NCBI RefSeq assembly: GCF_964355755.1
Contig: NC_092673.1
Span: forward strand, 1,550,001-1,614,000
Direction: 5' to 3'
DNA from: Antedon mediterranea
Taxonomy: Eukaryota > Animalia > Echinodermata
Length of the DNA: 64,000 nt
The notes beneath the pieces were generated by a model. It had not been told where the DNA came from. It did no database searches and was given only the letters and a program-made list of their open reading frames with translations. The first letter of the stretch is position 1, and the number at the start of each line of letters is the position of its first letter. Shown one piece after another: positions 11,946 to 40,532 of the stretch. A program made the translations under genes and the position numbers.

Positions 11946-14833
11946 AAGCTACCATTTTTAAACTAGAAAAAGATTGTACTTTAATAAACAAAGAAACTGA
12001 GCATGATTAATGATAAGTCATGGGTCAACAGTCATACAGATTTACACTCTAGGTCGTTGCACTATCTCTATAGAAATAGTAAACAAAACATTCATAGACT
12101 CCCACTACATCATCCAGTAGGCTATTATGAAGCATAATATGAGTACCGTAGTATGAGTAGAATATACAGTTACTACTCAGTCCAGAAGAGGAGTTGCCTT
12201 CCAGTAGTTCGTACTTGGGAACATTGAACTAATATCATATTCAAAGGTAAAAAGCTTATTGTGTTTGCAATTGTTACTGTATGATAATTTATTACTGAAC
12301 CCAAATGATGTACGATATCTATTGACATGCTAGAACTTTAGACTTTACGATAACACTTTAAACTTTATGATAACACTAATGATGTGATAGTATACCAACC
12401 ACAAGAGAAACCTCTAATTAATTAATTAATTATTAGTATAGTATCTCCTAGTATTTGTAAGCTTTGCCTGAGAACTTTAACACCTGTAAAATTGTTGGTT
12501 CAACATCGGATTTCCCATGGTTGCTTGAAATGAAGACTTCATTAACAGTACAATGTGACATTGCTATTGTATTGTCGACAGATTTTCAAAGGACCATCTG
12601 ACAAAATAAACTTGTGTATCTCCAACAACCACTAATGATTTTAAGAATTAGTCCAGTGATTGGAATTGTGTATTTGTGAGAGAGACAACCCAAACTGAGA
12701 TATTTAGGTTTTTATTCCAGAGCCATCCTAACACCTTATTTATACTTAAATACCTAAAAAATATTTACGTTGAAAATTAATTTACTTCCTCACCCTCAAC
12801 TTTTACCATCTACCCTTAGATTTTTGTAACTAAATCTGAGGCAAAAACGATTGCAGACTAAATGCAGGCATTAATTAAAAGATGTGTTAAAGATAGAGAA
12901 GAAATGATCAAATAATTTACAATGTACAGTACTAGGCTGTAGCAGATTGTATATTAATAAAAATACAGAATGCAACAAGTACTTGATGTTTGCTTCAAGT
13001 GTACATGTTAAACACAGCAGGTTTCAACAGCTGAATGTGCCGGATCAATAATAATCAACATCATCATTGTTTCTTCGCAAAGAATTCGAATATCTCATCT
13101 TTTGTTTGAAACGCGCTGTTAACCACTCCAATGTAGTTCCATGCTGGGTACTGTATGTGTCTGGTGTGCTTTTTGCAGTGACCATGCTGTAAAAACAACA
13201 GCTCTTTTCTCTACTCTGATAGTTTTAACATGTTGGCATGTTTTTACACAAATATAAAATGTTCCACCAGAATTGTGATATTTTATGATGACTTTACCAG
13301 AGGTGTGTGCAATATGTGGAGGTAAAATTGAGAACAGCAATGTGTGCCTTCTTGAATCTTCATAACAATCTGTTTTGAATTTCTTTGTTTCTTTATCTAG
13401 AATTTCCATAGCTTAGCATTAACCTGTGGAGTCTACCTCTGTGCTGATGAACTAATGAATGATTTTCATAATTACTATATTTAATAACCTATCCTACAAA
13501 CATCCAGAAGGAAAATTAAAATATCTGATAGTATATATATATATTACTGTAGTTTGTTTGTTGCTCACCAGTAAGCAAGCACATTCAAATGAAGTCTCTC
13601 CTAAATGTACAACTTTAATTTAAAAAAATGTTGATGTTGATTTCCAAGACAATATAAAGTTTAATATGATATTTCTAGCTAAAACCAATAAATAAAATAT
13701 ATGAAATCATTTATTATGAAAAATTATGTAAATGAAACATTTTTTTTGTTCAATATGTCTTGAATTTGCCATATTGACTGTCAATAACTGCAAAAATCAC
13801 TTTTATAGTGAAAGATAAATTTATTCATTCTTGGCTAGGTTAAAATTAATTTGTTTTGGTCATTAAAACTGATATATTACAAGTCTAAATTTATTTTAAG
13901 GGGTTGTTTTCCCCCCTGGCCCAGCTTAATTTTTACTTAGCATTATTTTGTAGTCTACGCTCTTAAAAAGTAAGCCCTCTATAGATAGTGAACTGTTTTA
14001 ACCTTGTGGTTTTATTAATTGCTAATTTATAGATTGCTCTAGGAGGGTTGTTAATAAGTAAGAAGAAACGAGATAAAAGTACCTTGATCTTACGATAATC
14101 TTGTATTATTCATTTCAATGTATCATAGTTAACATGCATGAAGTGATCGTGTATTGTCCTAACAAAAAATTGTTTATAGTTGAAATTGCATGCATGAGTG
14201 AATTTTCTACAGCGCCCTCAATTTTGTACAAATCTTATTAGCCTATTAGCTGTTTTTAGAGGACCCGTTGTTTGGTCTTATCAAGACGTTATCCAGTGTA
14301 TTTTGTTTTGGATTTTTAATTCCAAACTGCTTTTAAATCTAGAATCTTTGTTTACATTTTTAAGATGATTTTTTTGATGATCAGATATATTTGATGACAC
14401 TTGCGTTAACTATATCTTTTATTCTTTATGTTAGTTTTAAATTGAGGCGTAATCTCTTGGGAGAATCATTCCAAGAGCAAGGTACTCTTCTACATATCGT
14501 TAGTTTTTGCCGCAACGATTCATATCGCGTAAGCATTTTAAGATCTTAATTGAGACTATTAAACGCTAAAAGTGCAAATTAGTCATTGTTACTGAACAGT
14601 GTTAGCGCAGTGGCCATGACCTTCTCTTTCTGAGCTTTTAACCATGATTGCAATTTAGAATTTAAATTTGCATAATATTATACATTGATGGTTGGCAATT
14701 ATGGGGTTATATTCTTATTGTGTTTTTAGTTAATGCGTGTGTCCTAGTTTTAAATTTGATATCATTAATGAGTACAAAAGATTGTAATTTAGTTGTCCAT
14801 AAAATAGAACCTCTCCTTTGGGACACACACCTA

Positions 14834-14995
14834 AAACTCTGTCTACACTATCAAACTTTAGTAACAAAAAGATGTGCTATGCCCATATATGGCCATGATG
14901 ATGTCATATTACTACCATATTTGCCCATATCACTACCATATTTGGGCACATCACACTTTTTTTGTCAAACTAGTTTGATATTGTAGACAGAGCTT
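14834..14995. mobile_element. MITE family A copy (near full length)
   Basis: CTCTGTCTACACTATCAAACT ... AGTTTGATATTGTAGACAGAGCTT. Confidence 0.88.
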
Positions 14996-16293
14996 ATAAG
15001 AGACACAAATAGGGATTCTTCTGTAGTTGTCGTAACGATTCTTCATGATATTGAAGTTATGTGGGAAAACATTTTTTTTTAGAATCCTTACTAGTAAGTG
15101 CAGCTATACATAGCTTTACTACTTGGTCTAGTTGAATAATCAAATCAACACCACCTTGCTTAATTAATTTCATTGATGCAGAATGTATTCAAAGATTCCA
15201 TTGCGCACAAATTCAATCATTAACATCATTGTAGTCTGTGAATAGCATAAGGCCCCCCTGTGTTTTTGTCAACTGGCAGGTTTCGCCATGTATAATATTA
15301 TAGTTGATGTTAGTTGGTGTTCTATTAATGTATTCTGCATTAAATAAAGTTAGAGTTGTATACTACTAGATAAGAATAGTTTAATGGCTTGTGAGCCAAC
15401 TCATGAATAACCTAATTATGCCATAAAGTTTGTTTTTTTACACCATTCAACAGCAAATACATTACTTACTTACTTACATTACAAGATGTAAAACCCATGC
15501 TTTTTAAGTCTCATACAAGGCTTAGGTAGTGGCACTGTAGTAGGTATAAAATCTTAGGAATTGAACCAAACATGTCAACCACCATGCCACAGTGCCACTG
15601 TTTCAGCAACAACTACACATTGAAACGATGATCTGAGAACTCTTGAATCAGTGATGCCTTTAGTACATTTTATTAAAAATTATACAAGATAACCCAATAA
15701 GATAAGATAAATCTTTATTGTCATGAACACAACAAGGCGAACATGACATTTGCAAATACTGTACTGTACAAACCATTATGTCATTTCATGATGGAAAATT
15801 CATTTAAAATAAACAGAATAATCAAGTTTTACGTTTTTTTAAATATATTTTTTATTTCTATGAGATCAAATGTCTCATCAGATTTCACCAACATTCTCCT
15901 TAACCTTGATTTTGAATATTTTCTCATTTATTATATTTTTTACATAAGATAGTTTTACAAGTAATTTGATAAATAATATTGCATATCAGTCATACAAGTC
16001 ATTTATATAGTAGTATGTTGATGTATGTGTGTGTTGACATCCTGTGATTTCAACCCTGTACTTGTTCGATTTTGTGAAAGATATCTTTTACGAAGATCTT
16101 AGATATAGAGACCCTAGTTGCACCAAATTTTCGTTATATAAAATTGTAAAACACTAAATACTTTTATTCTATCATTGACTGAAAAACAAGAGCTCATCAT
16201 ATGAAAATGTATTTATACATACTGGTGCATATTAGTAATATGTTAATTTTCTTATGGTTTTAAACGAAAACTGTTTGTTTTCTGTCTTTATAG

Positions 16294-31063
<14,770 letters not shown>

Positions 31064-32110
31064 GTTCATTTAATGGCGAACGACGTTTTCCTGTAGTCGG
31101 CAGGGTGCTTCATTTACCTGTTCTACTGAAACCGTGTTGCTCGATTGTCGTTACTTGTTAGGCTATTCAAATGGTTGATAATCCAAATAGAATGCACTTT
31201 ATTTGATAGGGTTAGCTTGTTTTTAAGCTTGTAGTGATGGTGATGGTTCTGACCAAATTAACTAATTAACTCCTTTATTAATTAACTTCGAAGCTTGGAA
31301 CAATAACATTTTTTTATTATCAATTCCAACTTTTTTTTCTGATTTAAATATTTATATAATTTCTTCATTTCGTTTTTTTTTTAACGTTGTTCCATATAAG
31401 GATATATTACCATATATGGAGTATAATTGTTTAAGTTGTCTACCAAGTGTTTCATATGTTGTAAACTGCACCTTTAACTTCATATTATATTGTACATGTA
31501 ATAATCAAATGATAAAATCACAAGAAGTTAGTGCCTATGTTAATTTGTATTCCAAAAACGCCTTTGAACTTCTGTAATGCCAACAGTATTTTTAGGGGAT
31601 GTTACGTTTATGATTTTCTTTATGTTAATGATTTGTTTTTAAAATGTTTATGAATATGTTTGTGCTAGACCCTTTTGATATAGATTGAATCAGTACTGTA
31701 ACTAGGGAGATGTATTAACAAACTTGTTTTTTGTTTGTTTATTTTTTGCGAGAGAATGATATAGTAGCAATAGATAGATATGTAGCTTTTTTTAGTATAT
31801 TTTTGTTAAATGATGAATTGATTAGGTTTCCAACATGCTATGATAAAACGCTAATCAATTGTTAGTATTAATTTGGTTATTTAGTCATTTATATATTTAA
31901 TCTATTTCTGCATGCCTTATATTAATTGTGGTTTTGATGATTAACTCTTGGGCATCTAATTCATTTTTTGCTAAATTTATATTTATTCAAAAATTAGGGG
32001 ATAGTGACAAATATTAGGTTTATGGAAGCATAGGGTTTTGAATTAGCCACAAAATACTATTGCCTTGTATCATGCCTGCTTGTATGCCCAACACATCCAT
32101 TATACATAAT

Positions 32111-32247
32111 CCATTATAGTTCTGGACTGAACCATTATAGTCCAGGACTGAACCATTATAGTCCAGGACTGAACCATTATAGTCCAGGACTGAACCATTA
32201 TAGTCCAGGACTGAACCATTATCTCCAGGACTGAAACATTATAGTCC
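32111..32247. repeat. 21-bp minisatellite, ~6 copies
   Basis: (CCATTATAGTCCAGGACTGAA)n. Confidence 0.92.
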
Positions 32248-32921
32248 AAGTCACATCCAGCAGCACATGTCTTCCTATTTAACGTAGGCCATCCTTGCTT
32301 GCCACTCGCCATTAATTCAATAGTTAAAAATAAACACATTTAATTAAATACATTTTCAATCGTTTGCATAAAATAATCAGTGTTGTATGCTACCTGCATG
32401 TTATGCATGAATTCATTTTGGTAATGCATACATTTATGTTTGTACACATGCATGTCATTCGCACACATTTACGTTTGCATGTTGCTTTATAACATTCAAA
32501 CTTGTAACATTGTTAATAAAACATGGACAAGTTTTTAACTCACTCATAAACACAACATTTGAACATGAAGCCAGGACAATTCCTTTCCTATCACTGCCGT
32601 TATATATATCTTGATTGCTGCTTTGTTGCAAGTGGCACCTGGCCCAAACACGCCAAACGTTTTCATGTGCAATTAACCACTCGCATAATTATTGTATACT
32701 AGTTTTATATGCTGTAATAGATTAGAGCAGTGTTTTATTACTCTAGTATGTTGGAAATCTAATGTGATGATTACGAACAATGTCTGTATTGTTGTACTAA
32801 ATATTCATAGGTTCAGACTCATTCTATGTCCTGGCATTTATTTTACATCACCTGTACGTCTCTAGTACGTTTTAAGAGTGGTTAAGTTTAGCTATTCTTT
32901 ATTAAGCTATGTCGGCATTAA

Positions 32922-33179
32922 GAGTGGCACTCAATGCTGGAGTCGCTGAGTGGCACTCAATGTTGGAGTCGCTGAGTGGCACTCGATGTTGGGAGTCGCT
33001 GAGTGGCACTCAATGTTAGAGTCACTGAGTGGCACTCAATGTTGGAGTCGCTGAGTGGCACTCAATGTTGGAGTCACTGAGTGGCACTCAATGTTGGAGT
33101 CGCTGAGTGGCACTCGATGTTGGAGTCGCTGAGTGGCACTCGATGTTGGGAGTCGCTGAGGGGCACTCAATGTTGGAGT
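32922..33179. repeat. 26-bp minisatellite, ~10 copies
   Basis: (GAGTGGCACTCAATGTTGGAGTCGCT)n. Confidence 0.93.
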
Positions 33180-36100
33180 TTCACTCCGCGAGAGCCTCAT
33201 TTACAACAATTTTTGGGATTTTTCTTTGAAATATTATGAATTGCATTATAGCAAGTTCAAGCATAGTGGTATTAGTTGTTAACTAAACGATAATCTCACC
33301 ATTAAATTGTGATGTAAAGGATTAATATATTAGTAATACATTTGCATATATTACACATTTATGGAATAACCAGCACAAGAAAAAAAAAGAAAATAAAAGT
33401 ATATGCATGGAATTTTAAACCAGAAATATGATTGTATGTAGCACTGTTAATACCTGTAATACGCCATAGTAGTTTACAGTTAAGAACATAGAAAACGTAA
33501 TACTTCTATGTAAGGCATAGATAGTATATATTAATCAACTGCTTGTAAGGAATATGTTATCACAAATTATCTATCTGGTTTATAATAAATAAAAATTAAG
33601 CGATTGTAATATTTTAAAGAAGAATGAGACAATGCTGCCTACGAAGCAGAATTAATTACTCGGGCAGATTCGATCAAATAAATTTATATTTTTTGAACTA
33701 ACATTAGGCCTAGTGACTGGTTTTGCATGTGTTTAGAGGTTATATAACAGTATTTATTCAGTTGTTTTTAATTAGTAATTTGCAATATGTATCTATAGGT
33801 TTAGAAATTTGACTGAGATGGTTCAAATACTTTGCCGTGTATTCTGCAACTCTTACTGCTATCGATAGTCTGGGAATGCAAATAAATATTTAGAATATCT
33901 CCTACAAGTATCGTAGGTTTTATATCTTCTTCAATGAGAAGAATACAATTAGTAGAAAAAAACAGATTTTGCAATGAAAAAATGTGGAATATTTTTGTGA
34001 AATTTGAAAACTTCATTGGAATTCGATGAGATAAAAAAATGTTATATTAAAGAATGTAATTATCGAATTTGACAAAAATGTTCTACTAAAAAAAAATCAA
34101 ATAGAAGTGTTTATTTTGCTGCTAGTGTCTTTGTAGCTACCTCATTACTAACAAAATAGTGTGATTAATTAAAATGAATTAATTACAATGAATTAATATG
34201 GGTTTACTGGAAGGAACACTAAAATGTACAAATTGTGCTATTTGCCATCTTGCTTTATTATGTTCACTGGGATTATCTATTTACACTACAGTAATATATA
34301 TGCTATTTACACTCCAGTGACATTGGAGGCTATTTATACTCAAATGTCACTTATGCTATTTAGTTTAGCTAAATCAGAAAATGTGCCTTTATAATAATTT
34401 AATTGATTAATTGATGAATGTATTTGTCTCGTTAATTCATCAGTTTTATATTTTTTATTTTGTAATGTTTCTTTAAAATATATGAAATATTTCAACCTTG
34501 TATCAACAGATACACTGAAAATATTAATTTTTTTGATATTTATTCAAGTTTAATCAAAATATGACAATTCAACTTGTTTTAACCATAACCTAACAGTTAC
34601 GTACGTATATGTTATAACTTAAACTCAAAATAATCATTAATAAGTTGGTGATCAGTGTTTTCTATATCCACGTCACTTGATAGCGCTATACCTTTGTTAC
34701 TTGCAATTGTCAACATATTAATGTCAGTTATGTTTTACTTGGTCATGTTTAGTGGACTTTGTTCTCTTTGGTTTTAAGAAATACATATTCAAATGATTCA
34801 GTCATAGTTTAGCTTGGTTTGTCGGTTGTTATACCAATTAAAGGATGTACTGTCTCAATACTAATCAGGTACAGACATGTCAGTATAGATAGTCAATATG
34901 CAACGTGTACTACTTGTGATTCTGTATGTCTGCATTACTCGAGCGATCTCTGAAGGTGTGCGCCCTCTAGCGCTCTGCATTTGACAGTTTGCGGTTTGGT
35001 CGTTTTGAGCTCAAAATAGAGTTAGGCATTGGTTGATATCTAGATGTAGAAAAATAAAACAGAATTATGCGTGATCAGCTAGTTTAGTAAACAAAGGCAA
35101 AATATACGAGCTTAACATAATTAATATATCAATATTTATGCCGAAGCATGCAGTTATTCAAATGGTCATTATTATTCAAAGTACTTGTGAAATATAGCTG
35201 AGAAATGTTGTGCGGTGCTCAGTTTTAGAGAGGGCCTTTTACTTGCGTCTGTATTGTATGAGAACGTTATTCTTGTCGTGTTGAAACTGCCGGTTATATA
35301 GCTAATATCTATAAGGACGGTTTTGTCGAGTAGGTGTCGTTTACTATCAAACCCTATGCACTCTACTTCTTGAAAAATGCTTTAGTTAACGAAGGCAGCC
35401 AAGAAACAGCTCTGATTTTTTTTTTTTTCAGTCTTTATTGACTATTAAAAAATTAGCATATGATCATAATTTTTTCCCAACTTAAATTATTAATTGGCTC
35501 TACTCAATGCTTATATTGTATACAAGCTTATAATAACCAAGACATAATAAAGGAAATAAAAACAAGTATGTTTTTTATGTAAAAACAATTTTACCATTTA
35601 TCCGTCATTCTTGGTAAAAATTAAGCTTTACTACTAGATCTTATTACTTAATTAATCTTAATTAGTTTTAAGCATTGGGTGAGTTTTTAGCAATAATTGC
35701 TTAGCTGTTTTGGGGAAATTGTTAGACTTGTTATTATCTATATCTATATACTTGCATTCCATCTATTTTATATTCATTGTTACGTAATATTATTACAAAA
35801 TACCTTCTTACGTTTACTTTTGTTATTGCATTTTAAATGTTTACAAATCATTCTTCTTAAAATATATTTTTTCGGGGTTTTGCTTTTAAAATATTTTTTT
35901 AATATTATTGCAATTGAGAATTATAGTATTTTCTTTGAATTTCTTTTACATACATTGTTGACGAACATAATGAAGGCTGGTTGTTGAGTGAGTTTACCTA
36001 AACGCACTTACCCAGTCGAGATTCCACTCAACTTTTAAGTCAATCCCTTAGATTAATTTCGTTACATGCAAATAGTTTTTTTCCAAACTTAGTAATTTCT

Positions 36101-38237
36101 CAGGAATAAATTTTAAGGGGTATTTTTAAGCGTCATATTGTGTATGTTGGGTTTAATTTGAATTTATTTCTGTATTTTGCTTACTCTTAATGTTTAGCAA
36201 ATGCCTGTATTGTTGTCGGCTGTGTAATGTTAATCATTTTCATCTCTCACCATGCTGCTTTTATCTTTATGTATGTTAACAAAAATCCAAAGAATTGTTA
36301 TTGCACCAAATTGACTAACCGTTTGTTTGTGATAGGGGAATAGTGTTAGCTTGTAGGATTTAAAATAGTTAAATATATAACATGTTAGTTTGCAGGGTAA
36401 AGGACCAAGTATTGCTCGTTTATGGTATTGGTATTTTTAATAGATTTGCTTGAGTTGCATTTTGGACAATCACATCTGTAATTTTGGGGTTTGTTATTAA
36501 GTAAATTTAAAAATGTACATCGTTCTTATTCTAGATTAAATGGACAGGCATTGTAGACTTAACATGTAAATAAAGTATATGGATATTAATTATACTTTAG
36601 ATATGTACGCGTTACTTAGACCTAAAGACGTTATACTAAGAATATATGAAGTTAACAATTGACGATTTAAAATAATTGACAGGTAAAACATTAATTTGCT
36701 GTTAGTGTCATTTAAATTCAGTTAAATAACACTTGTATAAGTCTGATTACTTATTAAGTAAATTTATTTAACTATTTTTATTTTTTCTAATTTTGAATTA
36801 TGCAAATTAATTGGTATCGAATTGGTTATTATAATCTGATGCGTTTTGTTTTAGTATGCAACAAAAAATAATGCCCGTCAAATGTACGATTGGGAACAAT
36901 TATAATTATATTCTGCAAACCATACCTTGTCACGCCTACAATGGAATATGTATTCCCACGCCTTTATGCAAAGCATTTAGGTACAATTTTAGTTTTAAAA
37001 TTAAATTTGCTAAGGTCTTTATTTTCACTACTACTAGCGTAAGGGTAATTTAAACCCAGTATATACCTTGATTTTGTTTATTCATTTGCTGGCCTAGTTT
37101 TGTTCCATTCAATAGAATGAGTGTAAGCTTGGTTTTTTTTTATTAACGTGGTGCTTATGATGTAATGTGGGTGCATATTAAACCCTCTTTGCTATTTTTA
37201 TTTTAACAATTCATTTTTTGTTGCTTTTTTAACTGTTGATCAGTTTTAATACGTACCGGATGAGTGAAATCAGTTGCTAATAATTGCTTTGCGTTTTTGT
37301 TTTTTTTATTATGCTGTTCATTACTTCCTGATTTAAATGTTTGCTTCCATATAACAGCTATCTTTTGTTGATCAGATAATATTATTGGTAATTGTTTATA
37401 TGCCCTCTTTTATTAACATATGGGAATATTATTGCTTATTACACATCCTGCCTGCCATAGAGTTTCACAAGATATGTATGTGATGGGTTCATTATTATTC
37501 AATTAGCATTTAGAATGTTGTCGTGTAAAGACCATAAAATAATAATAAGTATTTATTATATCTTCCAGCTTGTCTATTTTTTAAATCAATGTTTTTTTAA
37601 ATTATTTTGGCTTCTAGAATAAAAGGGCGCCCTCTATAGGCATTTAACTTTTCAACGAGTTTTGTGTGGCTTAAATTAAAAATCATTTATGTGTATGCTA
37701 TTCATTCCACACAATCCTTAACACTATATGTTTATTTAGTTTGTGCTTATCATTACAATTAATATTACTACTATTATTATTAATATGATCATTGTTTTTA
37801 TTAAATAATAATATGGATGTTATAACGGAGAAGATGATGACTGTAATTGTAGATTTTTAAGTATCTTGGAGTTGGTGTGTGTGTGCTTCATGCAGTTTTT
37901 TGTACTATGGTCGTAATCTAACAGCCCGGAAAGCAGATAATAACACTGCATTAAAAGCATACTTGAGTCCGTGTCTTATTCTGTTATTTGTTTGTTTGAT
38001 CAAGGCACAGGACCCCTGCCCATTCTTAACACGTGGAAAAACATATGTACTGTACATAAACATATTCAATGAATCCCTCCAATAATTACGCAACATATGG
38101 CAATATTTTGCCATTTATATGTATACCGACATGGCAACATATACACGCGTACTGCTCGGTTGATTTTTCGAAGAATTCCTGAACATCACCCAGGAGTTAT
38201 TGCAAAGAACATGCATATTTGACCCTCTTATATTTCG

Positions 38238-39260
38238 CCATATATGATGATGATTACGCTACATGTGACCATATTTATGACTGTATATGATGATGATTAC
38301 GCTACATATGACCATATATGATGATGATTACGCTACATATGATCATATATGATGATGATTACGCTACATATGACCATATGATGATGATTACGCCACATAT
38401 GACCATATATGATGATGATTACACTACATATGACCATATATGATGATGATTACGCTACATATGACCATATATGATGATTACGCTACATATGACCATATTT
38501 ATGACTGTATATGATGATTACGCTACATATGACCATATATGATGATGATTACGCTACATATGACAATATTTATGACTGTATATGTTGATGATTACGCTAC
38601 GTATGACCATATGATGATGATTACGCCACATATGACCATATATATGACTGTATATGATGATGATTACGCAACATATGGCCATATATGATGATGATTACGC
38701 AACATATGGCCGTATATATGACTGTATATGATGATGATTACGCCACATATGACCATATTTATGAATGTATATGATGATGATTACGCCACATATGACCATA
38801 TGATAATGATTACGCTACATATGGCCGTATATATGACTGTATATGATGATGATTACGCCACATATGACCATATTTATGAATGTATATGATGATTACGCCA
38901 CATATGACCATATGATAATGATTACGCTACATACGCTACATTACGTCATATATGATGATGATTATGCTACATATGGCCATATATATGACTGTATATGATG
39001 ATGATTACGCAACATATGGCCATATATGATGATGATTACGCAACATATGGCCGTATATATGACTGTATATGATGATGATTACGCTACATATGGCCATATA
39101 TGATGATTACGCTACATATGGCCATATATGATGATGATTACGCTACATATGGCCATATATGACCAAGATGATTACGCTACATATGGCCGTATATGATGAT
39201 GATTACGCTACATATGGCCATATATGACCAAGATGATTATGCAACACATTGCCCGTATAT
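38238..39260. repeat. ~1 kb compound satellite (~28-43-bp variants of GATGATGATTACGCTACATATGACCATATAT)
   Basis: Recurrent GATGATTACGC(T/C/A)ACATATG(A/G)CCATAT core with an optional TTATGACTGTAT insert. Degenerate related flanks at ~38085-38150 and up to ~39400. Confidence 0.92.
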
Positions 39261-39748
39261 GGTTATATGCAACACATGGCCATGTATGACCATGATGATT
39301 ATGATTATTTAACATATAGCCATATATCATAAAAATGCAACATACTGTATGGACATATGACCACACTGACATGGCATATATGACTATATATGGCAATTTA
39401 ATATACGCATACCGATTTTTAATTTAAATAACTGAATGTGTTGTAATTAAAATTATCAAAATAAAAGAACAGTGTTGATTATATATATTTTATTATATTT
39501 ACTGTCATTTAAAACTGTCTATATAAAAAAAGGGGAAAATGTTTAAAACATAATACTGTAAAATAAAAGAAACTTGTGGGAACTGCAAACTATGTGACCA
39601 ATCATGTGAAACAAGATTCTACACAGTAAAGTAAAAGGAAAGATTTACTTAAATAAAAAACTTAAATTTATCTCTTTCAATGTGATAGTAAACTGGAAAA
39701 CCCTTTTAGTGACAATTATTTGTTCATAAAAAGGTGCACTTGTTCACA

Positions 39749-39843
39749 AGCCACTAGTAACACGCCTTAGCCACTAGTAACACGCCTTAGCCACTAGTAA
39801 CAAGCCTTAGCCACTAGTAACACGCCTTAGCCACTAGTAACAC
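39749..39843. repeat. 20-bp minisatellite, ~4.5 copies
   Basis: (AGCCACTAGTAACACGCCTT)n. Confidence 0.9.
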
Positions 39844-40532
39844 ATGCCTTTTATGATAGGTCAGTGTACCTCCTTCACTGCTAAGTTACTAACAATTTAA
39901 TATTACTAGTAGTAGGCTTATGTTAAAATAAATGATGAAATACTGTTAGTACAATGATTTAAATATTAAATAGCGATAGCGAGGCTTTTTTTTAGGAAGG
40001 TAGATGAAGGAGATATTTATTTTATTAACCCTCGTTTACTTTCATTAATAGAATATGTCTATAATAATAATAAAGTTAAATTTGATACAGTACAAAACAA
40101 TCAACAGAAAAGGATAAAAACCAAAAAGTAAATGTTTATCTCAAACAGTATAAAGCCTTTTTGTTCAAGTTTTTCTATGAGACAAAATTTATAAATATGT
40201 TTAGTAGAAAACATAGGCAAGTAACAACCCAAGACAACCCAGTACAAGATATTGCGATTTCACTAGAATCACACTTAGGACAATGTTCCCATCTCATATG
40301 GGAGCCGCAAATTGGCTGTGCTCCTATTCAGTCACACACCATATCTTGAGCTATGCGTATCATCATCATTAATTTCAATGGCATTCTCAAAATAGAATTA
40401 TTCTACAAAAACTGGCCTATATTGACAAAATATTTATGTTTTATATGGTTCAAAATATTGAAAAAAAAAGGTTATTTTATACGCTAAAAATGTCCTTGTT
40501 CTGTTGTCCCTTAGTACACACTTTGGTATTTA

